The notes under the pieces were generated by a model. That model was given only the letters and a program-made list of their open reading frames with translations. It had not been told where the DNA came from and ran no database searches. From a candidate division WOR-3 bacterium (lineage in GTDB: Bacteria; Hydrothermota; Tepidihabitantia; Tepidihabitantales; Tepidihabitantaceae): a stretch of DNA of 64,000 nucleotides. This document shows positions 20,310-35,516 of the stretch, piece after piece. A program made the position numbers and the translations under genes. The stretch is taken from NCBI GenBank assembly GCA_965649225.1, contig CBFGJX010000004.1:22230-86229 (forward strand), given 5' to 3'. Numbering within the stretch: the stretch's first letter is position 1; every line of letters starts with the position of its first letter.

Positions 20310-20699
20310 ATGTCTGAGAAGATCGAACAGGTTGTTGCGACGATTGAAGGGTTGACCGTCACTGAACTGGCCGAGCTGGTGAAGGTGCTGAAGGACAAGT
20401 TCGGCGTCAGCGCGCCGGCGTTTGTTGCCGCCGGACCGATGCCGGCTGCGGGCGGCGCCGCGGCTCCGGCCGAGGCCAAGGAAGAGAAGACCGAGTTCAC
20501 GGTTACACTGGTTTCGGTCGGCGACAAGAAGATCCAGGTGCTCAAGGAACTGCGGGCGGTGACCCAGCTCGGTTTGAAGGAAGCCAAGGATATCATCGAC
20601 AAGACCCCGAGTGTGATCAAGGAGAACGCATCCAAGGAAGAGGCCGACAAGATCAAGGCGAAGCTGGAAGAAGTCGGCGCCAAAGTTGAGATCAAGTAG
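20310..20699 (+). CDS. rplL: 50S ribosomal protein L7/L12
   Basis: 'EEKTEF', 'LGLKEAK'. Confidence 0.98.
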   Translation: MSEKIEQVVATIEGLTVTELAELVKVLKDKFGVSAPAFVAAGPMPAAGGAAAPAEAKEEKTEFTVTLVSVGDKKIQVLKELRAVTQLGLKEAKDIIDKTPSVIKENASKEEADKIKAKLEEVGAKVEIK

Positions 20700-20711
20700 G
20701 CGCGAATCCTG

Positions 20712-24667
<3,956 letters not shown>

Positions 24668-24671
<4 letters not shown>

Positions 24672-27600
24672 CCGAACGCGATTTCTTTGATTTTGATTCC
24701 CTGCGGCTGCGGATTGCGTCGCCGGAGACAATCCGTTCCTGGTCGAGCGGCGAGGTTATCAAGCCGGAAACGATCAACTACCGGACCCAGAAGCCGGAAC
24801 GCGACGGCCTGTTCTGTGAACGGATTTTTGGACCGGTCAAGGATTACGAGTGTAACTGCGGCAAGTACAAGAAAATCCGCTACAAGGGCATCGTCTGCGA
24901 CCGCTGCGGCGTTGAAGTGACTTCTTCCCGTGTCCGGCGGGAACGGATGGGCCATGTCGAGCTGGTTGTGCCGGTGGCACACACGCTGTTCTACCAGGTG
25001 CCGCCGACCAAGGTCGGTCTGATGCTGTCGCTGACGATCAATCAGGTCGAGACGATTCTGAACTACGAGGCCTATGTCGTCATCGAGCCCGGCACGTCCA
25101 GTTACAAGAAGATGGAACTCATCTCCGAAGAGGAGTATCGTGCCAACGCCGGCCGGTTCGAGGGTCTCGAGGTCGGAGCCGGTGCGGCAGCGCTGAAGAC
25201 GCTGCTGACGCGGATAAAGCTGGACGACCTGGCGGCCGAGTTGCGGGCGCGAATCAAGCACGAGACATCCCGGCGCTTCAACCTTCTGCGCCGGCTGCGA
25301 GTCGTTGAGGCGTTCCGCACGTCGGGTGCCCGACCGGAATGGATGATCCTGGATGTGCTGCCGGTGATTCCTCCCGACCTGCGGCCGCTGGTGCCGCTTG
25401 AGGGCGGCCGGTACGCAACCTCCGACCTCAACGATCTCTACAAGCGGGTGATCGTGCGCAATAACCGGCTCAAGCATCTGATGTCCATCCGCACACCCGA
25501 GATCATTCTCAAGAACGAGAAGCGCATGTTGCAGGATGCGGTTGACACGCTGTTTTCCAACGAAACACGGCCGCGTCCGGTTCGCGGGCGCGGCAACCGG
25601 CCGCTGAAGTCACTCTGCGAGGCACTGCGCGGCAAGCAGGGTCGCTTCCGCCGCAACCTGCTCGGCAAGCGTGTCGACTATTCGGGTCGTTCGGTCATCG
25701 TCGTTGACCCGGCGTTGAAGCTCCATCAGTGTTCGTTGCCGAAGGAGATGGCACTGGAGCTGTTCAAGCCGATGATTCTGCGCCGGCTGGAGGACCGGCA
25801 GCTGGCCGAGAGCGAGCGGGGCGCCAAGAACATGTACCGGCGCGAGGCACCCGAGGTCTGGGAGGTGCTGGAGGAAGTCACCCGTGACCATCCGGTGCTG
25901 TTGAACCGGGCGCCGACGCTGCACCGGGTTTCGGTTGAGGCATTCTACCCGGTACTCTCGGAGAGCCGGGCGATCGGCATTCACCCGCTGGTCTGTCCGC
26001 CGTTCAATGCCGACTTTGACGGCGACACGATGTCGGTGCACGTTCCGCTGACACCGGAGGCGATTCTTGAGACCTCGGTGCTGATGTTGTCATCGAACAA
26101 CATCCTGTCACCGGCACACGGGCGGCCGCTGATGACTCCGTCGCAGGATATCGTTGCCGGGGTATACTATATGACCAAGACCCGGCCGAGCCGGACCGAG
26201 CCGGTTGGTGACTTCGATGACTTCGCCACCGTCCGGTCGGCGTTTGACCTCGGCGAACTGGCACTGCATGACCCGATCCGTTTCCGCTACAAGTCCAAGG
26301 GCAAGAGCCAGGCGGAATTCATCACCACCACCGTCGGGCGGGTGTTGTTCAACGAGGTGCTGCCTGACGAGCTGCGCTTCGTCAATGAAACCTGCCCCAA
26401 GGACAAGCTGGTGGCACTGATCGACCGCTGCAGCCGGATGCTGGGGATTGAAGCTACCGCCAGGCTGCTGGATGCGGTCAAGGACCTGGGCTTCGAAATG
26501 GCGACCCGGTCGGGTCTGTCAATTGGCATCGATGACGTCGTCGTGCCGAAAGAGAAGTACGAGATTCTGGCCCGTAGCGAGAAGGAACTGCGCAAGGTGC
26601 AGCGTTCGTATGAACGTGGGCTGATGACCGATTACGAGAAGTATAACTCGGTGGTCAATACCTGGACGCTGGCGACCGCTGAGGTTGAAGCGGCGCTGTT
26701 CGAGCGGCTGGCACACGACCAGGAGGGATTCAACCCGGTGTTCATGCTGATCGACTCCGGGGCGCGTGGGTCCCGGACTCAGGCGGCTCAGATTGGCGGC
26801 ATGCGCGGGTTGATGGCCAAGCCGCAGCGACGGTCGGTCGGAGAGGAAGTAATCGAGACCCCGATCAAGAGTTCGTTCCGCGAGGGACTTTCGGTCTGGG
26901 AGTATTTCATCTCCACCCACGGCGCCCGCAAGGGTCTCACCGATACTGCACTGAAAACCGCCGAGGCCGGCTATCTGACCCGCCGGCTGGTCGACGTCGC
27001 GCAGGACGTGGTGATTTCAATCGAAGACTGCGGGACGATTCTCGGCCAGGAGGTGACCGAGCTGCGCGAGGGCGGCGATGTTGTCGAGCCGCTGTCGGAG
27101 AGGATTGCCGGCCGGTTCTCGCTTGACGATGTCGTCAATCCAGTTACCGGTGAGGTGATCGTCCGGGCCGGCGAGGAAATCTCGGACGAGGCGGCGGTTG
27201 AGATCGAAGACTGTGGTATCGAGACGGTGCGAGTGCGGTCGGTGTTGACCTGTGAAGCACCGTCCGGGTTGTGCGTCAAGTGCTACGGCCGCAACATGGC
27301 CACCGGTCGGCTGGTTGAGATTGGCGAGGCGGTCGGTATCGTTGCCGCGCAGTCGATCGGCGAGCCGGGGACGCAGCTGACGCTGAAGACGTTCCACGTC
27401 GGCGGCGTTGCCAGTCGGATTGCCGAGCAGACCAAGGCGGTGGCGAAGTACGTCGGCAAGATCAAGTATGAAAATCTGACGACGGTGCAGCGCTCGGACG
27501 GTGAGCACGTCGCGCTTGATGCCGGCAGGCTGCTGCTGGTCGCGACCGGCCGCCAGCTGCCCTTCAATGTCCCGGCCGGAGCGGTGGTCCGGGTACACGA

Positions 27601-28711
27601 CGGGCAGGAGGTTGCCGAAGGCGAGACGCTGTTCGAGTGGGAGCCGTACTCGATTCCGATCATGGCGCGGGCCAAGGGTCAGGCGGTTCTGCACGACGTT
27701 GAACCCGGAGTTACTCTGCGTCAGGATATCGACGAGCGGACCGAGCGAATGCAGCGGATCATCACCGAGGACCGGGAGCGCCGGCTGCATCCGCGGGTTG
27801 TGATTGTCAATGCCAAGGGCAAGGCACTCGAAACTCACGCGCTGCCGGCCGATGCCTATCTGGTTGTCGAGGACAAGGCCGAGGTTGTCCCGGGCGACAT
27901 CCTGGCCCGTCTGGTAAGAGAGCGCAGCCGTCAGGGTGACATCACCGGCGGTCTGCCAAAGGTTGCCGAGTTGTTCGAGGCGAAACGGGTGAAGGACCCG
28001 GCGGTGATTGCCGAGATCGACGGTCGCGTCGAGGTCGGCGAGCCGCACGAGGGTGTCCGCCGGGTCCGGGTCGTCTCCGAGGGTGGAACCGAGAAGGAGT
28101 ACGACATCCCGTACGGCAAGTATCTGCTGGTGCAGACCGGCGACCGGGTTCGCGCCGGTGACCGGCTCTGTGAAGGTTCGGTCGACCCGCACGATGTCCT
28201 GCGGGTGCGGGGCTGGCTGGCGGTGCAGGAGTTTTTGACCAACCAGATTCAGGCGGTGTACCGGCTGCAGAAGGTGAAAATCAACGACAAGCACATCTCG
28301 GTGATTGTCCGCCAGATGTTGCGCAAGGCCAAAATCGAGGATGCCGGCGATTCGAGTTTCATCGAGGGCGAGATTGTCGAGCGTCGGCGACTCTACGAAG
28401 AGAACGAGAAGCTCATCGCCGAGAACATGCGCCCGGCAAGTTTTCAGCCGATTCTGCTCGGCATCACCCGTGCCGCGCTGCTGACCGACAGCTTCCTTTC
28501 CGCCGCGTCGTTCCAGGAGACGACCCGGGTGCTGTCGGAAGCGGCGATTCAGGGACGTGAGGATCGGCTCAAAGGGCTCAAGGAGAATGTGATTGTCGGA
28601 CGGCTCGTGCCGGCCGGCACCGGTTTCCGGGAGTTCAGCCGTATCAAGCTCGTGACAAAGGAGCAGGAACAGCAATCAGCAGAACAGCCATCAGAGCAGG
28701 AGACAGTCTAG
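24668..28711 (+). CDS. rpoC: RNA polymerase beta' subunit
   Basis: 'NADFDGD', zinc-binding 'CNC...CDRC', 'SAASFQETT'. Confidence 0.99.
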
Positions 28712-28712
28712 A

Positions 28713-29096
28713 ATGCCGACTATCAATCAGCTTGTTCGTCGCCCCCGGGTTGTGATTCACGGTCGTTCCAAGACACCGGCACTGCGGGGGAATCCTCAAA
28801 AGCGCGGCGTCTGTACCCGAGTCTATACCACGACGCCGAAGAAACCAAACTCAGCACTGCGCAAGGTCTGCAAGGTTCGGCTTTCGCACGGTGTCGAGAT
28901 AACCGCCTACATTCCGGGCGAAGGTCATAACCTGCAGGAACACTCGATTGTTCTTGTTCGGGGAGGTCGTGTCAAAGACCTGCCCGGCGTGCGTTACCAC
29001 GTCGTGCGTGGTGTGCTGGATACCACCGGAGTCGAGGGGCGTCGTCAGGCCCGCAGCCAGTACGGCGTCAAACGGCCGAAGCCGGCCGCCAAGTAG
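28713..29096 (+). CDS. rpsL: 30S ribosomal protein S12
   Basis: 'MPTINQLVR', '[10 protein letters not shown]', 'RVKDLPG'. Confidence 0.99.
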   Translation: MPTINQLVRRPRVVIHGRSKTPALRGNPQKRGVCTRVYTTTPKKPNSALRKVCKVRLSHGVEITAYIPGEGHNLQEHSIVLVRGGRVKDLPGVRYHVVRGVLDTTGVEGRRQARSQYGVKRPKPAAK

Positions 29097-29106
29097 AGGA
29101 GGGGCA

Positions 29107-29577
29107 ATGTCGAGAAGACGTCGAGCTGCGCCCCGGGAACTGCCGCCGGACCCGCGTTACAATTCGACACTGGTGAGCAAGTTCATCAACTACCTGATGT
29201 GGGCAGGCAAGAAGACGACCGCCCAGCGCATCTTCTACGGTGCGATGGAGCTGATCGAAGAGAAGACCAAAGAGGATGGCTACGCGGTCTTTCAGAAAGC
29301 GATGAACAACATCAAACCGGCGCTGGAGGTCAGGCCGCGTCGTGTCGGTGGCGCCACCTACCAGATTCCGATGGAAGTACGGCCGCGACGCCGGGATGCG
29401 CTGGCTTTGAAGTGGACCATTGGGGCCGCGCGAGCGCGCAGTGAACATACGATGATTGAAAGACTCGCGGCAGAGTTAATCGATGCCAGCCGCGGCCAGG
29501 GCGCGGCAGTCAAGAAGAAAGAGGATACCCACAAGATGGCGGAGGCCAATCGCGCCTTCGCGCATTATCGCTGGTAG
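29107..29577 (+). CDS. rpsG: 30S ribosomal protein S7
   Basis: 'RRVGGATYQ', '[15 protein letters not shown]'; ATG at 29107 after GAGGAGG. Confidence 0.98.
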   Translation: MSRRRRAAPRELPPDPRYNSTLVSKFINYLMWAGKKTTAQRIFYGAMELIEEKTKEDGYAVFQKAMNNIKPALEVRPRRVGGATYQIPMEVRPRRRDALALKWTIGAARARSEHTMIERLAAELIDASRGQGAAVKKKEDTHKMAEANRAFAHYRW

Positions 29578-29612
29578 GCTGTCCCAAAGCTGTTCTGCTC
29601 GCGGCCCGGCGT

Positions 29613-30422
29613 TCATGCCGGGCCGCCGGTCTGAAACGCAATCAAGACGAGATTGCGACCGGTGAGTTTTTCGCGGCGGACGGAGAAGCAGCTGTCGGGA
29701 TTTTCCATACTGCAAAGTTCCAGACCGGGAAATTCGCTAAGCCCGAGCGAGACAAGCTGAAGCCGGTTCAATGTCCGCAGGTCGAGCTGGTATTTGCCGG
29801 CGACGGGGCCGGGAGTCAGGGCGAGCCTGGCTTCGGGCAGGTCAATCATTGCCGAGCGGACGTCGGCACCGACAACATAGCAGTTGCGACAGATTGATGG
29901 GCCCAGGCTGAAGGCAAGCTCGTCGGTTCGGCAACCTGCTGTTGAGGCCAGTGTTTGAGCGGTCCGGGCTGCCAGTCGGGCGGCAGAGCCGCGCCAGCCA
30001 CAATGAGCGATTGCGACTGCCCTGCCGTTGGTGGTGAACAGCCATACCGGCAGACAGTCAGCGACTTTGATGCCGAGACAGCCCGGACGAGCGGTGACGA
30101 TTGCGTCAGCGGCAACTGATTCCGGGTTGGCCGGCAGCGACTCGGCTGCCACAACTGTCGCCGAGTGAACCTGGCGAACGGTTACCAGACTGGAAAGTCC
30201 CAATGCGTTGCATATCAGCGTGCGGTTGCGGTTGACGTGGTCGGGCTGGTCGCCGACTTCATACGAGCAATTGAGCGAGGCAAAGCTGCCGGTCGATGTG
30301 CCCCGGTGTCGGCCAACAAAGGCAATGGTTACACCCGGTGCCGGTCGGGCCAGCCAGCAGTCAACTTCGTTGGTCAGCTGACGCTGCCAGCCGGGTCCGG
30401 TTCTGGCGGCGAACTCGTTCAT
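29613..30422 (-). CDS. pgeF: PgeF/YfiH laccase-domain (purine nucleoside phosphorylase) protein
   Basis: 'RQVHS', 'ADCLPV', 'AHCGWRG', 'GPSICRNCY'. Confidence 0.88.
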   Translation of the reverse strand: MNEFAARTGPGWQRQLTNEVDCWLARPAPGVTIAFVGRHRGTSTGSFASLNCSYEVGDQPDHVNRNRTLICNALGLSSLVTVRQVHSATVVAAESLPANPESVAADAIVTARPGCLGIKVADCLPVWLFTTNGRAVAIAHCGWRGSAARLAARTAQTLASTAGCRTDELAFSLGPSICRNCYVVGADVRSAMIDLPEARLALTPGPVAGKYQLDLRTLNRLQLVSLGLSEFPGLELCSMENPDSCFSVRREKLTGRNLVLIAFQTGGPA

Positions 30423-30435
30423 GGCGGCCGTCGGG

Positions 30436-32181
30436 TTATTCCTGAGCGGGGCGCAGGTCAAGTACTTCGAGCCGGATTCGGGAACAACCGTTCCACTGAT
30501 GACGTGCTGGGGTATAACAGATGTCGCATTTCGATGCCGGCACGGCGAGGAAGCGGGAATGCAGCCGGTCGGCATTCCAACAGACAGCTTCGCCCAGGTT
30601 GGCGCCGTCACGGACAACGAACCGCAGGCCATTGCGACCCAGCGTAACCGGCGCAGTCACTACTTCTACTGCCGGTGTTGCCAGCACCGGCGGTTCGTTG
30701 CCGGTGCCGAACGGTTCGAATCGATCAAGCGCTGTCAACAGCGGGTCGTCCAGCGCCGAAAGTCGGGCAGTCGCGTCGACGGTGAGTGCCGGTGCAAACA
30801 CCGCCGATGGCACAAGGGCGGCGGCAGCCTCCAGACCGTCAGAGAACTCGGGGATGCGGTCGGCAGCGATAGTGATGCCGACCGCAGCCCGGTGGCCACC
30901 AAATCGTTCCAGAGTGGTGGCGCAGCTGGCGACGGCGGCGTGGAGGTCAAAGCCGGGTATTGAACGACCCGAGCCACGGCCGTGCTGGCCGTGCAGGGCA
31001 ATGACGATGGTGGGTCGGTGAAAACGGTCAACAAGACGGGAAGCGAGTATGCCGACGATGCCATCCGGCCAGTTGTCACCGGCCACGACCAGAGTGCGGC
31101 GGCCGGCGGCAATCTGGTGACCGGCCTGCTGGAGCGATTCGGCGATGAGTTTTTCTTCAATCGACTGCCGACGGCGGTTGCGGCGGTCCAGCTCCTGGGC
31201 GAGAGCAGAGGCTTCGGCCGGGTCTTCGCTGAGGAGCAGCTGCAGGGCATCGCGGGCATGGCCGATGCGGCCGGCAGCATTGAGCCGGGGCGCGAGCATG
31301 AACGACACGTCACGACTCCGCAGCGGACGGTCGGGAACACGGGCGGCAGCCAGCAGGGCCTGAATGCCGGGACGACGACTGCGCTGGACCGCCGGCAGGC
31401 CGAGTCGGGCGATGATGCGGTTTTCGCCGGTCAGCGGTACAACGTCGGCAATCGTGCCGATGGTCAGCAGGTCAAACAGATCGGTCAGCTCCTCGCGCGG
31501 GCGGCCCAGTCGGGCCAGAATGCTCCAGGCGAGCTTGAAAGCGACACCGACGCCGGCCAGATCGGCAAAAGCGGCATTGGCGTCGGGACGCCGGGGATTC
31601 ACAACTGCCAGTGCCGGCGGCAGCGGTGCTTCGGGAGAACGGGGTTCGTGATGGTCGGTGACGATGATGTCAATCCCCGCAGCGCGGGCGGCTGTCACGG
31701 CGGCGTGGTCCGAAGTTCCGCAGTCGACCGTGACGATCAGCCTGACCCCGTGTGCCCGGGCCGCTGCCACGGCCTGCTGCGAGAACCCGTAGCCTTCTTC
31801 AGCTCGATCCGGAATGTGCCAGTAGACCGGGAGCCGAAGACGTCGCAGGGCAGTGACGAGCAGGGCGGTGGCGGTGAGCCCGTCGGCATCGTAGTCGCCG
31901 GCGACCAGCACTGCTTCTGTCGCTTGCACCGCTCGGCAGAGCCGTTCGGTTGCGGGGGCGATGTCCGGCAGGTCGTCGGGGCGTGACAGCTGGGCGGCGG
32001 ATGGTTCAAGAAAGGCACTGATCGCTTCGGCAGTGCGATAGCCGCGGCGGTAGAGCAGTTCGGCAGCGAGCGGCGGCAGACCGGGCAGAACCGGTAACAG
32101 CTGGGGCCGGATCGGTTCGGGCAGCACCCAGCGATACTCGACCGGCCTGCCGGTTGAATCCTCAGCGCCAGGGTGGTTCAT
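30436..32181 (-). CDS. recJ: ssDNA exonuclease RecJ
   Basis: 'GDYDADG', 'TDHH', 'PRLNAAGR', 'GGHRAAVG'. Confidence 0.95.
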   Translation of the reverse strand: MNHPGAEDSTGRPVEYRWVLPEPIRPQLLPVLPGLPPLAAELLYRRGYRTAEAISAFLEPSAAQLSRPDDLPDIAPATERLCRAVQATEAVLVAGDYDADGLTATALLVTALRRLRLPVYWHIPDRAEEGYGFSQQAVAAARAHGVRLIVTVDCGTSDHAAVTAARAAGIDIIVTDHHEPRSPEAPLPPALAVVNPRRPDANAAFADLAGVGVAFKLAWSILARLGRPREELTDLFDLLTIGTIADVVPLTGENRIIARLGLPAVQRSRRPGIQALLAAARVPDRPLRSRDVSFMLAPRLNAAGRIGHARDALQLLLSEDPAEASALAQELDRRNRRRQSIEEKLIAESLQQAGHQIAAGRRTLVVAGDNWPDGIVGILASRLVDRFHRPTIVIALHGQHGRGSGRSIPGFDLHAAVASCATTLERFGGHRAAVGITIAADRIPEFSDGLEAAAALVPSAVFAPALTVDATARLSALDDPLLTALDRFEPFGTGNEPPVLATPAVEVVTAPVTLGRNGLRFVVRDGANLGEAVCWNADRLHSRFLAVPASKCDICYTPARHQWNGCSRIRLEVLDLRPAQE

Positions 32182-34025
32182 CGCGGCAGTCGGGTCTCAA
32201 CCGCGGCCAGCGCGGTGCGGGCTTCAGAGTGAAGCGGGTCAAGAGTGACAGCCCTTTGCAGATACTCGCGGGCTGCCGCGAGGCTGTCGGTGCTGATGGC
32301 GACCAGCCCGAGCAGATACCATACTTCCGCGTCGTTCGGGTTCTGGGCGAGCGTCTGGTGATAGAGCCGGGATGCAGTTGCAAAATCCCGCCGGCTGATT
32401 GCCAGCCGTGCCGCAGCCAGCGATACGAGCGGTGCGATCACGGGGCTGGAATGACTCAATTCCAGCAGCCGGCGATAGTGCTCTTCGGCCTCGGCTGCAC
32501 GTCCGGCACTGGCCAGCGCAACAATCAGACTGTAGCGGGCCGATGCGTTGGTGGGATCGGCAGTGACGGCACGTTCAAGCTCGGCAAGGGCCGGTCGCAG
32601 TTGGCGCTGCTGCAGCAGGATGTTGGCGGCCTGAGTGTGCGCCTGTGAGCGGTAGGAGTTCTGTTTCACCGGCACCAGTCGAGATGCTGTCAGCACCGCT
32701 GCTGCGGCAGCGATGCCGGGCCAGCTGCGACCGATCCGGCGGGCACGCAACTCGGCGATGAATCGGTCGAGGGCGAAGCCGGCAAAGACCAGCAGAAAGG
32801 GAATGACCGGCGCCCGCAGGCGTGACAGCACGTAGAATATCAGCGACGAAGCAATGTAGGCCAGGACATAGAGGTAAATCGGCAGGACATGCTGTCGACT
32901 CCGCCAGGCCCACCACATGCCCGGTACAGCCAGTGCAAGAATCATCCCGAAACTCAGGAAGGCAACATGCAGGGCGACGGAACTGCGCCGGGCTGTTTCA
33001 GGATAGTAGTTGTTTGGAATCTCGTAGTCGGCAACAAAGAGCAGCAGCTTCCCCACTTCAAGGCGCAGCCAGGCAAGGGGCGAATCGACGATGAAGCGCA
33101 GCCCCCGGTTGAGCCAGTAACTGGACGCGGCTGACCAGGACCGGCGGCGGCCGTTGATGGTTCGGGCGGTTTCTTTGAGTGCGTCGTGAGAGAATCCGGC
33201 GGTCGGATGCAGTTCAGGCGCAGGCTGCCAGGCGCCGTCGGCGGCCGGGTTGTTGCCGTAGTAGAAATTGATTCCGGAATGAGCGGTGAAGAGCACGGGA
33301 TCGCGGGCGACGATGTAGTTGCGCAGTGGTACGGCCGCGATGATCAGGCCGGCGCCGGCAGCCGCAAGTAGCGGCAGACGCCAGCCAGCCCGACGCCAGA
33401 CCAGCCACAGACCCAGCCCGGGGACGATAGTAATCAGTTCGGGGCGACAGATCACCGAAAGACCGAAGACAACCCCGGCTGCCAGCCAGAGCCAGTGCCG
33501 GCGGTCGGCAATCAGCAGAAGCCAGACGGTCAGCAGTGTGAGCAGAATCGTTATTTCGACATAGAGCAGAGTGCCGGTGTAGAACACCAGAACTCCGCAG
33601 AGGGCAAAGCCGGCGGAGGCGAGAATTGCGGCCCGGCGACCGAACAGCTGGTTGGTGATGGCAAAAAGCAGCAGGGCAGAGACAGCAGCCATGGCGGCCT
33701 GAGTCAGCTGCACCGCAATGACACTGACTCCAAACAGCGAGTAGATCCCGGCGAGGAGGTAAGGATAGAGGGGACGGAGAAAAAATACATCGCTGCCCCA
33801 GAAGTTGTGACGGGCGATTTCCAGCGCCCAGCGGTGATAATACCAGACATCGACCATCTGGGGTGATATTGTCGAGAATGGCGTGCCGCGCATCTCGAAA
33901 ATGAACCAGAGGCGCAGAAGCAGCGTCAGCCCGGCGAGGAGGCCGGCAGCTGGGAGTGCGCCGGGGCGCTGCCGGACTGACCGCACGTTCGGCACGAGGC
34001 CGAGTATAGGGGACAGCGTTGGCAA
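32178..34025 (-). CDS. GT-C/family-39-like membrane glycosyltransferase with C-terminal TPRs
   Basis: Multi-TM; 'PLYPYLLA', 'GINFYYGNNP'; TPR-like C-terminus. Confidence 0.75.
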   Translation of the reverse strand: MPTLSPILGLVPNVRSVRQRPGALPAAGLLAGLTLLLRLWFIFEMRGTPFSTISPQMVDVWYYHRWALEIARHNFWGSDVFFLRPLYPYLLAGIYSLFGVSVIAVQLTQAAMAAVSALLLFAITNQLFGRRAAILASAGFALCGVLVFYTGTLLYVEITILLTLLTVWLLLIADRRHWLWLAAGVVFGLSVICRPELITIVPGLGLWLVWRRAGWRLPLLAAAGAGLIIAAVPLRNYIVARDPVLFTAHSGINFYYGNNPAADGAWQPAPELHPTAGFSHDALKETARTINGRRRSWSAASSYWLNRGLRFIVDSPLAWLRLEVGKLLLFVADYEIPNNYYPETARRSSVALHVAFLSFGMILALAVPGMWWAWRSRQHVLPIYLYVLAYIASSLIFYVLSRLRAPVIPFLLVFAGFALDRFIAELRARRIGRSWPGIAAAAAVLTASRLVPVKQNSYRSQAHTQAANILLQQRQLRPALAELERAVTADPTNASARYSLIVALASAGRAAEAEEHYRRLLELSHSSPVIAPLVSLAAARLAISRRDFATASRLYHQTLAQNPNDAEVWYLLGLVAISTDSLAAAREYLQRAVTLDPLHSEARTALAAVETRLPR

Positions 34026-34059
34026 TACAAGTCAGACGGCGGCGGGGTGGTCTTCCGGC

Positions 34060-34089
34060 TTGACCGGCAACCGTATTAGGATAAACTAA
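34060..34089 (+). promoter_or_regulatory. Promoter TTGACC-16-TAAACT overlapped by a DtxR/MntR-type operator TTAG-N6-CTAA
   Basis: TTAGgataaaCTAA at 34076-34089, directly upstream of the DtxR-family gene. Confidence 0.65.
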
Positions 34090-34100
34090 CAAAGTTAGAG

Positions 34101-34520
34101 ATGGCTAATACCGCGCAGCTCCCGTCGCTGGGTGAAAGTGCCGAGGATTACCTGGAAGCGATTCTGGCGATTGAGTCGCCGGGGCGGCTGGTTCGGATCA
34201 AGGAGCTGGCAGGCCGGGTGGGAGTCAGCCGTCCATCGGTGGTCGCGGCGGTGGCGGCGCTTGCGGCCAGGGGGCTGGTGCGGCATGAACGTTACGGTGG
34301 GGTCGAGTTGACCGAGGCCGGGCGGCGGGCGGCTCGCGAGGTCAGGCGTCGTCATGCGGTGCTGCGTCGCTTCCTGACCGACTTCCTGGGTGTGAGTGCC
34401 TCGATTGCCGATGCCGATGCCTGTCGCATGGAGCATACTCTTTCCCCTGAGACAGTTGACCGGCTGGATGAATATGTCCGGCGTCATGCCCGGGCCAGCG
34501 CAGCCAGCAAATACCGATGA
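34101..34520 (+). CDS. DtxR/MntR-family metal-dependent repressor
   Basis: 'EDYLEAI', 'VSRPSV', 'DACRMEH'. Confidence 0.92.
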   Translation: MANTAQLPSLGESAEDYLEAILAIESPGRLVRIKELAGRVGVSRPSVVAAVAALAARGLVRHERYGGVELTEAGRRAAREVRRRHAVLRRFLTDFLGVSASIADADACRMEHTLSPETVDRLDEYVRRHARASAASKYR

Positions 34521-34717
34521 CAGTGCGATTGAACCTGCTGCTGGCTGGCCTGCAACGATGGTTTGTGCTGTCATTACGACAGCGGTACGGTCGGCCGCAG
34601 CGGCAGGGCGGTGTTGCTGCCGTGCGTTGCAGCGGCAAGGGCTGTCGGGGTTGCCCGCGGCTGGGGCGGTGCGACCTGGAGCCACCGGCAAGAGAGTGTC
34701 GGAATGATCAAATCTGA
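34517..34717 (+). CDS. Small Cys-rich protein (possible metal-binding)
   Basis: ATGA overlap with the repressor stop; 'CSGKGCRGCPRLGRC'; overlaps the zupT start. Confidence 0.45.
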   Translation: MTVRLNLLLAGLQRWFVLSLRQRYGRPQRQGGVAAVRCSGKGCRGCPRLGRCDLEPPARECRNDQI

Positions 34718-35516
34718 CTTCGTCTTCGCGATTGCTCTTTCCGCGCTGGCCTCGCTGGCGACTGTTGCCGGGGGGATGATCGCGCTGGTAGTGCGACGGC
34801 CAGGACCGCGGGTAATGGCGTTCAGCCTGGGTTTTTCGGCCGGGGTAATGGTTTTTGTTTCTTTTGCCGAGCTGCTGCCTTCGGGGATTGCCGAGGCAGG
34901 GTTTCTGCCGGCGGTCGGAGCGTTCTTCGCTGGCCTGTTGCTGATGTTTCTGATTGATGCGGCGGTGCCGCATGTGTTCGTCACCGAAGGTCATGACCTG
35001 CAGGTTCATCCCGATTGCATACCGGCACTGGCTGACGATGGTCGTGCCAACCGGCTGTTGCGGGCCAGCATACTAATCGCCATCGGCATTGCGATTCACA
35101 ATCTGCCCGAGGGTATGGCGACCTTCGCTGGCGCGTTGAAAAACCGGGGGCTGGGGCTGGCAATCGGCGTCGCGGTTGCGCTGCACAACATTCCGGAAGG
35201 ACTGGCAGTGGCGGTGCCGGTTTTCTGTGCAACCGGTTCCCGGGGGCGTTCGATCTTCTGGGCATTTCTCTCTGGAATGTCGGAGCTGATGGGGGCAGTG
35301 CTGGCCGCGGCAGTGCTGATGCCGTTTTTGAGTCCGAAGCTGCTGGCGATTGCCCTGGCGACGGTTGCGGGATTGATGGTTTTTATCTCCTTTGATGAGT
35401 TGATTCCCGGTTCCTATTCCTACGGTCATGAACATACCAGCGTCATCGGGCTTGTTTCCGGAATGGCGCTGATGGCGCTTGGCATCTGGGTGCTGGGGCA
35501 GTACTGGAATGGTTGA
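34704..35516 (+). CDS. zupT: ZIP-family metal transporter
   Basis: 'GFSAGVM', 'HNLPEG', 'HNIPEG'. Confidence 0.92.
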   Translation: MIKSDFVFAIALSALASLATVAGGMIALVVRRPGPRVMAFSLGFSAGVMVFVSFAELLPSGIAEAGFLPAVGAFFAGLLLMFLIDAAVPHVFVTEGHDLQVHPDCIPALADDGRANRLLRASILIAIGIAIHNLPEGMATFAGALKNRGLGLAIGVAVALHNIPEGLAVAVPVFCATGSRGRSIFWAFLSGMSELMGAVLAAAVLMPFLSPKLLAIALATVAGLMVFISFDELIPGSYSYGHEHTSVIGLVSGMALMALGIWVLGQYWNG

